Shown piece by piece: positions 49,110 to 57,578 of a stretch of 64,000 bases of DNA. The position numbers and the translations under genes are program-made. Location of the stretch: the IMG/VR virus record IMGVR_UViG_3300035686_000002, positions 64,001 to 128,000 of that record. The stretch is one strand, 5' to 3'. This DNA is from a virus (taxonomy: Duplodnaviria > Caudoviricetes). The first letter of the stretch is position 1. Every line of letters starts with the position of its first letter. Below the pieces are notes generated by a model, which was not told the origin of the DNA, made no database searches, and was given only the letters and a program-made list of their open reading frames with translations.

Positions 49110-49352
49110 TTAGTTCTTCCAAAACAACCAAGCAGAGCAAATATGGGCAATACTCATCCCTATAGCTGCCCCAGGAATCATAGCTAATACTGTTCCTAAC
49201 ATAATTTCATCTTCGCTAAGAAACCGTGCCTGAGAAGCCATGAAATAAATAATCGCACACTGAAATGCAATAAATATCAGGTTAACAATCGTTGTCTTGA
49301 CTTGGAGTTTATGGATATTGTGATCAATTTCTTATAGTCTTTTGTTAGTCAT
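49110..49352 (-). pseudogene. Two-TM membrane protein gene with a nonsense codon at position 7
   Basis: MTNKRL*EIDHNIHKLQVKTTIVNLIFIAFQCAIIYFMA...IMLGTVLAMIPGAAIGMSIAHICSAWLFWKN*. Confidence 0.55.
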
Positions 49353-49499
49353 TAAGATTTTCCTATTTTATTTTAATTTCAATTTACATATTTATTGTAA
49401 GTGTTTATCATATAAGTGTCAACACTTGTTGGAATAGGTTTTGTTTAATTTTTTAGTAGAATAGTAGATACACCAAACTGTTAAACAAAAATTTAAATA

Positions 49500-49997
49500 A
49501 TGAAAAACACTATTGTAGCCTACGAATATTGGGACGCAGAATTAAAGAACCAATCTAAGAAACGGCTAGCAGGATTAGAAAAAGCGATAACTGCAACAGG
49601 GGCTATTGTCACAGATAGGCACGAAGAGAAATATTTTGAAGGCAAACTGCAATGGCGAAACCCATTACTGTTGAAAGTTCGATTACCCAAAGGAAAACGC
49701 TGGGAATTCATTCTCGTCTCTGGATGTACGGTATGGCTAGCTCAACCGCCACGGGTTCAGATAGGGTTGCGAGATACGGCGGGCAGATTTAACGGCACAA
49801 GATACTGGGATTCTCCAGCTATTCCGCTACGAGGAAACCACGACGACGCAAAGATTCGGCGGCGGTATCGGTTACACCCAGAACACGCGGCGTATATTGC
49901 CGATTATAAACCTGAATTAAACGGAGGATATGAGGTGATCAAAGGTGCTGATATTGTATCGACGGTGCTGGGAGGAGATTTAGGCTTGTTGCTCTAA
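49500..49997 (+). CDS. Hypothetical protein
   Basis: 165-aa ORF. Confidence 0.6.
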   Translation: MKNTIVAYEYWDAELKNQSKKRLAGLEKAITATGAIVTDRHEEKYFEGKLQWRNPLLLKVRLPKGKRWEFILVSGCTVWLAQPPRVQIGLRDTAGRFNGTRYWDSPAIPLRGNHDDAKIRRRYRLHPEHAAYIADYKPELNGGYEVIKGADIVSTVLGGDLGLLL

Positions 49998-50065
49998 TTT
50001 GCCGATTGCACAAACGAAATCTGTGATTGTGATACTATTGCCCTAAAGTTCTCACAGAAAAGACT

Positions 50066-50533
50066 ATGAGTAATATTAAGGAACGACGCCAAATTAACCA
50101 GAGAGGGCTGGCACTCATCAAAGAATTTGAAGGTTGCCAACTAGAAGCTTACCTGTGTCCCGCCGGAGTCTGGACGATTGGGTACGGACACACTCTATCG
50201 GCGGCTCACGGGATGTCGATTGACGAGACTAAAGCAGAAGCGCTGCTGCGGGAAGATTTGCAGGAGGCGGAAGAAGCGGTAGATCGGTTGGTCACAGTCC
50301 CGATCAATGAGAATCAGTTCTCGGCGTTGGTATCGTTTGCCTTCAATGTTGGCGCGGGCGCGTTGCAAGAATCAACTCTGCTGTCTTTGCTCAACGCTGG
50401 TGCAGAAGTTGAGACGATCGCCGCTCAATTTTTGCGATGGAATAAAGCAGGTGACGAGGAATTAGCCGGATTAACCCGTCGCCGTCATGCCGAGCGAGCA
50501 TTGTTTTTAGAACCTGTAGATCCAATTCTATAA
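50066..50533 (+). CDS. Phage lysozyme/endolysin (GH24)
   Basis: EGCQLEAYLCPAGVWTIGYGHT, ALVSFAFNVG, LAGLTRRRHAERALF. Confidence 0.95.
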   Translation: MSNIKERRQINQRGLALIKEFEGCQLEAYLCPAGVWTIGYGHTLSAAHGMSIDETKAEALLREDLQEAEEAVDRLVTVPINENQFSALVSFAFNVGAGALQESTLLSLLNAGAEVETIAAQFLRWNKAGDEELAGLTRRRHAERALFLEPVDPIL

Positions 50534-50551
50534 AACTTACCTAAAACTACT

Positions 50552-50602
50552 TTACAGTTTGAAGCGTCGTTAACTTAAAGTTAGCGGCGCTTCAAACTGT
50601 AA
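50552..50602. terminator. Long hairpin, likely bidirectional terminator
   Basis: TTACAGTTTGAAGCGTCGTTAAC...GTTAGCGGCGCTTCAAACTGTAA between convergent genes. Confidence 0.7.
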
Positions 50603-50623
50603 TATTAATTAATATTACGATAC

Positions 50624-51142
50624 TTAAACGCGATTAAACCACTCTGGATTTTCTGCCATACGTTTTTCCGTATCTTTCCGACAGAATTCTTCAACACGAT
50701 CGGCTGAAACTCCACTTAAGTGCCACCCCTTTAAACCTTCTTCGCTAAGCAAATATGTTTCATTCTGCGCGATATCCAAAAAAGAGTCACTTTTTAAGAC
50801 AAGATACTCAATCTTTCCACCAGAAAAAGCTCGCACTTTGTTTTGTAGCTCAGTTGCCGATAATTCTTCATTTGTCATTTGAACACTCCTTGATTTATTC
50901 GTCTCTTCTACTCTTTCAGTATGTATCATACAACATACTCTGTCAAGATGTTTCTGAAAGATTTTTCTAACGTACTCTGATCGGCTTACCCCGTCCGGGA
51001 TTGAAGCTTCCAACGCGTCTGACATTTCTGCGTCCAACCAAACTTCCCACTTAACCCGCTTATTTCTGTATGTTGCGATCGCCTGCTGCCGCGCTTGTCT
51101 GCCTTTCGAAGTTAGTTCGTATCGCTTTTGTTTTGTCGTCAC
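50624..51142 (-). CDS. Small RHH-like DNA-binding protein running through a promoter into a second ORF (MTNEEL..., start 50878)
   Basis: KRYELTSKGRQA...SRSEYVRKIF. Internal minus-strand TTGACA at 50946-50941 and AGGAG RBS before the internal ATG. Confidence 0.5.
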   Translation of the reverse strand: MTTKQKRYELTSKGRQARQQAIATYRNKRVKWEVWLDAEMSDALEASIPDGVSRSEYVRKIFQKHLDRVCCMIHTERVEETNKSRSVQMTNEELSATELQNKVRAFSGGKIEYLVLKSDSFLDIAQNETYLLSEEGLKGWHLSGVSADRVEEFCRKDTEKRMAENPEWFNRV

Positions 51143-51233
51143 AATGTCACCTTAATCCAAATCTTGATACATACTAGACGAAATCCGAGTTGTTTTCGGA
51201 CAGACAGGGTAGTCTCGCTCATCCAATTAAGGA

Positions 51234-51385
51234 GCGAGGGTTATTTTGTTTTTTCTTATAGATGAGTCTGTCAATCAGTTTTTTATATTGTATAATCTTT
51301 TTGATTGGCAGACTCATCTATTGTATTTTCTATTCTGTAAAGCTCTTGACTGTTTAGACTGGTTAGATTTTCTGTTTAAGAAGTT
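51234..51385 (+). repeat. Dispersed element, copy 6 (3'-truncated)
   Basis: GCGAGGG...ATAGATGAGTCTGTCAATCA..TGATTGGCAGACTCATCTAT. Confidence 0.85.
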
Positions 51386-51466
51386 CAGCTAAATTTTTAG
51401 TAATCCTGTCTTGACGACATAAACACTTTATGTTAAACTGCTATCAAAGTTTAAAAAAGTAAAAAC

Positions 51467-52489
51467 ATGACTTGGAACAATGAGACAGCTATCAACGACT
51501 TACTAGCGCTACCTTCTGACACTGTAAAGGTTGTTGCCTTTAGTGGAGGGAAAGACTCTACAGCGTTGCTCGGTTTAATGCTTGCTGCTGATCGCCAAGG
51601 CTTGAAAAACTGGAGAGTGATCAACTCAGATACTTTAATGGAAATCCCTTTTTTGGAGGAACACGTTAAAGCTTGTGGTTCTATCCTTGAAGAAAAAGGT
51701 ATTCAATTTGAGAGAGTAACAGCACCGATGCAAAGACGGTTTTTTTACAGTTTGATAGGCAAAGGGATACCCTCTCCCAGTCGTAATTTTCGATGGTGTA
51801 CGCAAGCTCTAAAGATAGACCCATTAGAAAAAGCACTAAAAAATATTCCATCCTATTTATTATTGAACGGAGAAAGGTTGGGAGAATCAATCAAGAGGGA
51901 CACAAAGCTTGCCAGTAAAACTTGCGATGGCACAAATGAATGTGGCACGGTAGAGATTAAAAAAAAGATGAAAAATACTGAAATAGTCCGACCTCTATTA
52001 AACGCAACAGCTTGCAATATCTGGGATACCATTGCAGAGAACGATATAGAGAAAGAACTGCTACCGGGAAGCTTCAACAGATTAAACAACGTTTATTCTA
52101 TCAATGATGATGATAACTCTAAAAGTTTGAGGACGGGCTGCATAGGTTGCCCGCTGATAAGCAAAGATAAAAGTTTAGAAAAGTTAATATCAGTGTATGA
52201 AGACTATTCGCCACTGGGTCAGTTAAGAGCGTTGTATGACTCGACTAGAAGCGAGAGCAACCGGATCATGCGTCCTGACATGAAAAGCAAAGGAGCAGTG
52301 AAACTTGAAGTTAGGAAAAAAATTTGGGCTGAAATTCTAGAGATCGAGTCTAAAGTCTGTACCGCCTTCCCAGGGTTCATCCTTGTCCAGCAGGACGAGA
52401 AAGACGCGATAGAGAAAGCTCTCTCAGAAGGGCAATACCCTAAAGGCTACACCCGACAGCACATCCAAGAGCAAGAATCACTCATTTAA
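51467..52489 (+). CDS. PAPS reductase family / DndC-like protein
   Basis: PP-loop AFSGGKDS, SDTLME, RWCTQALKIDP, GERLGES, RTGCIGCP. Confidence 0.88.
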   Translation: MTWNNETAINDLLALPSDTVKVVAFSGGKDSTALLGLMLAADRQGLKNWRVINSDTLMEIPFLEEHVKACGSILEEKGIQFERVTAPMQRRFFYSLIGKGIPSPSRNFRWCTQALKIDPLEKALKNIPSYLLLNGERLGESIKRDTKLASKTCDGTNECGTVEIKKKMKNTEIVRPLLNATACNIWDTIAENDIEKELLPGSFNRLNNVYSINDDDNSKSLRTGCIGCPLISKDKSLEKLISVYEDYSPLGQLRALYDSTRSESNRIMRPDMKSKGAVKLEVRKKIWAEILEIESKVCTAFPGFILVQQDEKDAIEKALSEGQYPKGYTRQHIQEQESLI

Positions 52490-52507
52490 CCCACAACACC
52501 TCCTGTC

Positions 52508-52529
52508 GCCCCTTTTAACGGGGCTTTTT
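52508..52529 (+). terminator. Rho-independent terminator
   Basis: GCCCC-ttttaac-GGGGC-TTTTT. Confidence 0.7.
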
Positions 52530-52543
52530 GTTGAATATCTGAG

Positions 52544-52735
52544 GCGAGAGATAATTTAATCCTTGTAATAGATGAGTTTGTCACTCAGTTTTTTATATTC
52601 TATAATCTTTTTGTGTGACAAACTCATCTATTATAACCTCGACTCTAACTATACTTTACCTGTAGAGGTTGCTTTGATTTTGAAAGCAGGAATTTAAGCA
52701 GTCTTAACAAGTAGAAGTGGCAAATATTTCTTATT
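52544..52735 (+). repeat. Dispersed element, copy 7
   Basis: GCGAGAG...ATAGATGAGTTTGTCACTCA..TGTGTGACAAACTCATCTAT...GTAGAGGTTG..CAGTCTTAAC. The 3' end is eroded. Confidence 0.88.
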
Positions 52736-52746
52736 TTTTGAAAAAT

Positions 52747-52959
52747 TTAATTACTTAGCCTCAAGCAGTGTCCTGTTCTCATAGCACATTCAAACGTGTA
52801 TTTATGTTCAACTGCGTACAGGCTAGCATGGGGGCTTGCAGCTTTCAGTGTTTTGATAGCAACACGATCGTCAAACAAAGCTTTTATTTCAACAGTCCTG
52901 TTGTTGATGTTGCCATCACCATAATTGAATTCAAAAACATCGCCAATATTTAATTTCAT
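52747..52959 (-). CDS. Small hypothetical protein (MKLNIGDVFEF...)
   Basis: The longer ORF call (to 53115) starts inside repeat copy 8, so the internal ATG is more plausible. Confidence 0.5.
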   Translation of the reverse strand: MKLNIGDVFEFNYGDGNINNRTVEIKALFDDRVAIKTLKAASPHASLYAVEHKYTFECAMRTGHCLRLSN

Positions 52960-53030
52960 TAGATTTAATCTTGATAATTTATTTGACACAATACTAACAA
53001 ACAAGGCGGTTCCAGTCTTCGGAGTAAAAA

Positions 53031-53222
53031 GCGAGAGATCGATCAGCGTTTCGTTATGGATGAGTCTGTCACTCAGTTTTTTATATTCTATAATCTTTCT
53101 AATTGACAAACTCATCTATTCTGTTCTCGATTGTATATACCGTCTACCTGTAGAGCTTGATCGATTTTTGAAAACACGAATTAAAGCAATCTCAACAACT
53201 GGAATGAACAAATGACTCTCGC
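53031..53222 (+). repeat. Dispersed element, copy 8
   Basis: GCGAGAG...GATGAGTCTGTCACTCA..TAATTGACAAACTCATCTAT...CTCTCGC. Confidence 0.9.
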
Positions 53223-53342
53223 ATCAAAACCTGATCGCCGCCGCTAATTTGCCAGAGACTCGTTAAGTCCTGACAAAAACCTTTGATATTGTGTTATGAT
53301 GGGAAAATTAAGCCACAAGGACGCTAGCACGTCCTTTTATCA

Positions 53343-54428
53343 GTGGCAGTCCACCTACACAACAGGCGAACAATGAGTAGTATAGCAGTTTTGCGCACAG
53401 AACGCGACGGCGTTGAGTTTTTCACCGTTGTAGCCACGGGGGAGTCGGGAATGAGTCAAAGTGGTCTAGCTCGCGCCTGTGGTATCAGCAAACAATCTAT
53501 GTCAGAGTTTGTGACAAAGCTTAATCCGTCAGGCAGATCGTTTCAAAAAGCGCTAAAACCTTCTACTAGCAAAGATTTAGCACCGTCAGGCAAGTCGTCT
53601 CAAAAAACGCTGAAACCTTCTACTGGTAAAGGCTTTACACCGTCAGGCAAAGCACCCTCAAAATGGTTAGAACCTTTTAGAGGGAAGGACTTGACACTCA
53701 TAACTAACTACTCCAGCCCCGATGCTAATACTCGCAATGTCACGATCTACACGGCTGAGTTCTGTGGTGCAGTAATCAAGCATTATGCTTACAGCGGTTC
53801 TGAGACGGCTCAAGACTTTGATTTTTCACTTGGTGTCATCGGCTTGACTTCCTACATTCAGAGTCAAACAGGATGGTTGCCGGAACAGTTCAAGGCAGCG
53901 CCAGAAGAACACGACAAGCTGGATCAATTTCTCGGTTTAGCGATGGAATGGGATCGAGGGCCAATGATGGTAGTTGATTGGGAAGGTGAAGTCGATATGT
54001 CCGATAGTTGGACATTTTTTGACGCTGTTGTTTTCTCTGGTTTTACCCCTGAAGAATTCATCGTATTTGAAGATGAGACAAGAGAACTAGGACTGCAAAA
54101 ACTCAGTAAAAGCGAACAAGTCAAGTTATTCTTTAAGCGAAACCCTGAGATTCAAGAAAGGCAAAAACCTTACACAGAACGCATTGAAAGAATTTTGAGA
54201 CTGCCAAAAAACTCGCAATTGTTTCAGATGACTTTTTTTGAGGAGTATGGATGTAATTTGGACAGTCTTTATCTTAAGGTAGAAACTTCTGCTAGTGCTT
54301 TACGATTGTACAGACTAGGATACGCAGATCGAACACAGTACGCCGACCCCCGATATCCATACTCCCGTGACCCTGATTGTATGGAAGGGTGGAACGCTAA
54401 CACCAGCGCAAACCTTATTAATCAATAA
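53343..54428 (+). CDS. Antirepressor-like DNA-binding protein with three 19-aa tandem repeats (likely start 53373)
   Basis: TGESGMSQSGLARACGISKQS HTH. 57-bp repeats start at 53526, 53583 and 53640. Confidence 0.65.
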   Translation: MAVHLHNRRTMSSIAVLRTERDGVEFFTVVATGESGMSQSGLARACGISKQSMSEFVTKLNPSGRSFQKALKPSTSKDLAPSGKSSQKTLKPSTGKGFTPSGKAPSKWLEPFRGKDLTLITNYSSPDANTRNVTIYTAEFCGAVIKHYAYSGSETAQDFDFSLGVIGLTSYIQSQTGWLPEQFKAAPEEHDKLDQFLGLAMEWDRGPMMVVDWEGEVDMSDSWTFFDAVVFSGFTPEEFIVFEDETRELGLQKLSKSEQVKLFFKRNPEIQERQKPYTERIERILRLPKNSQLFQMTFFEEYGCNLDSLYLKVETSASALRLYRLGYADRTQYADPRYPYSRDPDCMEGWNANTSANLINQ

Positions 54429-54626
54429 AGCCTAAGATCGAATGTGATTTTGCTGCCCCGTTACAATATATGCCGGGGCAGTGTTTTCACCAAAAGCAAC
54501 AGTTTAGCATTTTGTTTCTATGCTTTTATATTTTCAAGCATTAGCCCACTCTAGTCCAAAATCCTAATTTTTGCAAATCGTTGACATAAAAGGTTTATTT
54601 ATGTTAGTTTTAAGTGAGTAAAGAAA

Positions 54627-55130
54627 GTGAGAAGATTAGTGAATATTTACAGCGATTGCAATTATAAGGGATTTGTATTATCGATCAGAGATAATGAAGG
54701 CAAATTGCTACCATTGAAAGAAACAGAGTTAAATACTCAAGGAGCTTTTAATAACTATTATTCTGATTATAAGGAAATGTTAGATAAGTTTAAGCAGATT
54801 GTTGATACTTACCTATTGCAAAAAGAAACAAAAAAGAAACAAATTCTTTCGTTAACTTTTGAAGAAGAGACTTTTGATCTAGAAGTATATAGCCGTAAAG
54901 TAACTTGGGTGGAAACAATATATAATATTGTCTATACCTCTGAAACAGTAAGACTTCAAAATTATTTAAGCTCTAAATCTAATGATTGGTTAGGATTGCG
55001 TTGGTCTACAAATCCAATAATCTGGTCTACTTTGGACGATAGATGGTTTGTAACTCTTTCTTCTAGCGTTCATTTTCAATTATGTCCTACTAAGACTGAA
55101 TTTAAAGAAATAGTAGATGAAGATGAATAG
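54627..55130 (+). CDS. Hypothetical AT-rich moron protein
   Basis: Own promoter (TTGACA 54581). Flanked by a duplicated 3' end of the upstream gene. Confidence 0.6.
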   Translation: MRRLVNIYSDCNYKGFVLSIRDNEGKLLPLKETELNTQGAFNNYYSDYKEMLDKFKQIVDTYLLQKETKKKQILSLTFEEETFDLEVYSRKVTWVETIYNIVYTSETVRLQNYLSSKSNDWLGLRWSTNPIIWSTLDDRWFVTLSSSVHFQLCPTKTEFKEIVDEDE

Positions 55131-55285
55131 ATAAGCTATAACACCAGCGCCAGCCTAGTCAACCAATAAACCTGACGCGCTGATCGCTCTCACTTCAAAA
55201 AAATAACGATTTTGGCACATTTTTGTAAGAGTGCGGGCGATTGGTTTAATTTAGTCACGAGGTAACAAAAAGCCAAGGAGAGCAA

Positions 55286-55921
55286 ATGGAAATTCTAATA
55301 CGGACAGATATGCTGGAATTTCTTACTAACGATAAAGGATTTAGCAGCCAATGTGCTAGCTACTTTTACGGCAAGCAGATTGACGGCCTAGGTTCATTTA
55401 GCGACCAATTTAGGGGTGAAGATGGTAAGGTTGATTTTCACAATTATTGGGGTTTCAAGGATAAGGCAAAGGCTGCTGTAGGGCAATTAGATTTGCAGTA
55501 TCTGTACAACTCACGCATTCTGTCTTCATGGATAGGCGGGCCACATGGATGGTGTGATTGGAACGGCTATATACGTTGCAGCAACTACAACATAGAAAAA
55601 CATCCTAGCGTAGAAGAAATATGCAAAGAATGGCAGGTTATAGCGACAGCCTTTCCATATCTAAATCTCAAATCTCAGCTCATAACAGAGGAGGGTGAGG
55701 GGAATATAGCTGTAGAGTTTGAGGTGAAGGATGGCACAGCCATTATGAAGACACCCGGCGCTTTACTAGAGGCTGTAAAGGATTTAGACATAGATGAGAT
55801 AGTAATAAGCTTCCACAATCACGAAAGAGGACGAGGTTGTACTTATGAAAAATTTGTAGAAGCCGTAGACTATACCCGAAAACAGATACAACAAAGGGTC
55901 ACAGCCGAAGTAACAGACTAG
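55286..55921 (+). CDS. Conserved-looking phage hypothetical protein
   Basis: AGGAG RBS. SSWIGGPHGWCDWNG...EWQVIATAFPYL. Confidence 0.65.
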   Translation: MEILIRTDMLEFLTNDKGFSSQCASYFYGKQIDGLGSFSDQFRGEDGKVDFHNYWGFKDKAKAAVGQLDLQYLYNSRILSSWIGGPHGWCDWNGYIRCSNYNIEKHPSVEEICKEWQVIATAFPYLNLKSQLITEEGEGNIAVEFEVKDGTAIMKTPGALLEAVKDLDIDEIVISFHNHERGRGCTYEKFVEAVDYTRKQIQQRVTAEVTD

Positions 55922-55998
55922 AATAGAACTATCCTTTTTGTCCCACAAGGGGCTTTTATTTCAAAATTACCTATCATTGAAAAACAACCAACTTAACA

Positions 55999-56316
55999 AT
56001 GATTAACAGCGACAACCCCAAGCAATTAACAGTCGGTCAACTAATGGATGCACTCGGTTATTATGATCGGGCTGACTTGGTTAAATTTTATGATTGTAAT
56101 CACTCCAAAGAGTTTGATATTGTTTACGTTGAGAAATCATCTACTGATAAAGTAGCGTATTTGCGTAACATACCATTTGATCCTAAAGGCAACGAGCTAC
56201 CGAATGAAATACTGGAAGAAATTGGTATTTCTGTCAAAGTAGTTAGAGAGGGTGTAAATTTTGCCGAAACAATAACAATATACGAAGAAATATCTGAGAA
56301 AACTAACGCAAAGTGA
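55999..56316 (+). CDS. Hypothetical protein, paralog of the 29694..30164 repeat unit
   Basis: LTVGQLMDALG...LVKFYD...DIVYVEK. Confidence 0.65.
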   Translation: MINSDNPKQLTVGQLMDALGYYDRADLVKFYDCNHSKEFDIVYVEKSSTDKVAYLRNIPFDPKGNELPNEILEEIGISVKVVREGVNFAETITIYEEISEKTNAK

Positions 56317-56325
56317 GACTTAACA

Positions 56326-56724
56326 ATGACTGAAAATCTATTTCGACGAATCAACGACGAAAGTGCAATCCAAATCGTACCGTCAGAGGACTCCTGCCAA
56401 CCCGGATATTGTTGGAAGTGGGAAGACGCAACGTCTGGTGTGTTTGAATCTCAAGAAGCAGCATTAATAAGTGCCATTAACTGCTTGAATGATAGCTACA
56501 AAACAGTAGTAACGATGAACGATGAAGCAACGATCTCTAATCGAAAACTTCGTTTAGAGGTAACAAACCGAAAAATCCGTTCTTCTTTATGTTTGTGGTT
56601 AGAAGAGTTGGACAAAGAATTTGTTGTTATGATGTTTCTTGCGGCAGTAACACTTGTTGGGCTATTTGGCTTGGCTTTTTTAGAATTGTTTTTGGCTAGC
56701 CGAGGTATCTCCATAAAAAGATGA
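56326..56724 (+). CDS. Hypothetical protein with C-terminal TM helix
   Basis: FVVMMFLAAVTLVGLFGLAFLELFLA. Confidence 0.6.
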   Translation: MTENLFRRINDESAIQIVPSEDSCQPGYCWKWEDATSGVFESQEAALISAINCLNDSYKTVVTMNDEATISNRKLRLEVTNRKIRSSLCLWLEELDKEFVVMMFLAAVTLVGLFGLAFLELFLASRGISIKR

Positions 56725-56816
56725 ACATGATATGAGGGCTTACTTACGGGCGCACGAACACACAGCTTGGGTAGAAGCAGCAATCAACGGAGACGCAGTA
56801 GATAAGGACTAACACT

Positions 56817-56884
56817 GTCGTCAGTCCGAAATTCTTAAAACCTCTCTTGCAACTCTTGACATAAAGGGTTTTTATTGTTAGACT
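56817..56884 (+). promoter_or_regulatory. Family-B sigma70-type promoter (paralogous to those at 54553, 57473 and 51411)
   Basis: TTGACA(56856)-17 bp-TAGACT with TG extension. Upstream TGTCGTCAGTCC(G/A)AAATTCTT is shared with 57473. Confidence 0.7.
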
Positions 56885-56912
56885 TAGACAGTCAACAAAA
56901 AGAGATTGTCAA

Positions 56913-57155
56913 ATGCCTAGTATTGTGACTCAAGAGTTTCTAGCTAAACATCCTACGTGGGCTGAACTTCGCACTCAAGTCGAGCCTTCTTTACTAGAGG
57001 AATGGGAAAATGATTTTTCTCACATAACTGTTTTTTCGATAGAAATCACAGATTCCAAAATAATTGTCAATAACTCACTATACATTGATTGCTTGGGCGA
57101 TCGCGAAGAAGCTGAAAAATTTGTTTTGTATCTAATTACAAAGCCAAAGGAGTAA
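56913..57155 (+). CDS. Hypothetical protein
   Basis: Directly downstream of the promoter. Confidence 0.6.
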   Translation: MPSIVTQEFLAKHPTWAELRTQVEPSLLEEWENDFSHITVFSIEITDSKIIVNNSLYIDCLGDREEAEKFVLYLITKPKE

Positions 57156-57158
57156 TTA

Positions 57159-57464
57159 ATGATTATGCAAACTGAATACAGTGCATTAATAGAAGTTGTC
57201 AAAGGAGCAAGAAGTGTAGATGTAACTTTTTCTCAACCTTTAAGCCCAGAGACAGCAACAAAGATTAAAAATCTTTCAGAGCGATATGTAGACGTGCAAG
57301 TCTATGACATCCCGCCAGCGTTAGGTAAATCAGGTTTTTGGGTAATGTATTCTCCTGATCTGCGAAGTGGCGAATCGATTGCACGAGAATGCTTAAAGAT
57401 TTTGAAAGCCGAAAGCTTTATCGAAAGTAGAATTCGGCTAGTTAATTTCACGGCAAATGAATAG
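57159..57464 (+). CDS. Hypothetical protein
   Basis: AGGAG RBS, coupled to the upstream gene. Confidence 0.6.
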   Translation: MIMQTEYSALIEVVKGARSVDVTFSQPLSPETATKIKNLSERYVDVQVYDIPPALGKSGFWVMYSPDLRSGESIARECLKILKAESFIESRIRLVNFTANE

Positions 57465-57578
57465 ACAATCAATGTCGTCAGTCCAAAATTCTTGAAACTT
57501 TACCTTACAGTTTCTTTACATAAAGTATTGATGTGTGTTAACCTTAAAATACAAATAGAGACAAAGGAAAGATTAACC

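Noticed and set aside
51467-52489. Complete Dnd phosphorothioation system
   Set aside because: Only a DndC/PAPS-reductase-like gene is present. No dndA/B/D/E or ssp genes were recognised.
25595-53222. Dispersed repeats as a CRISPR array or integron attC sites
   Set aside because: Units are ~190 bp and kilobases apart with no regular spacers, no cas or integron-integrase gene, and no RYYYAAC/GTTRRRY ends.
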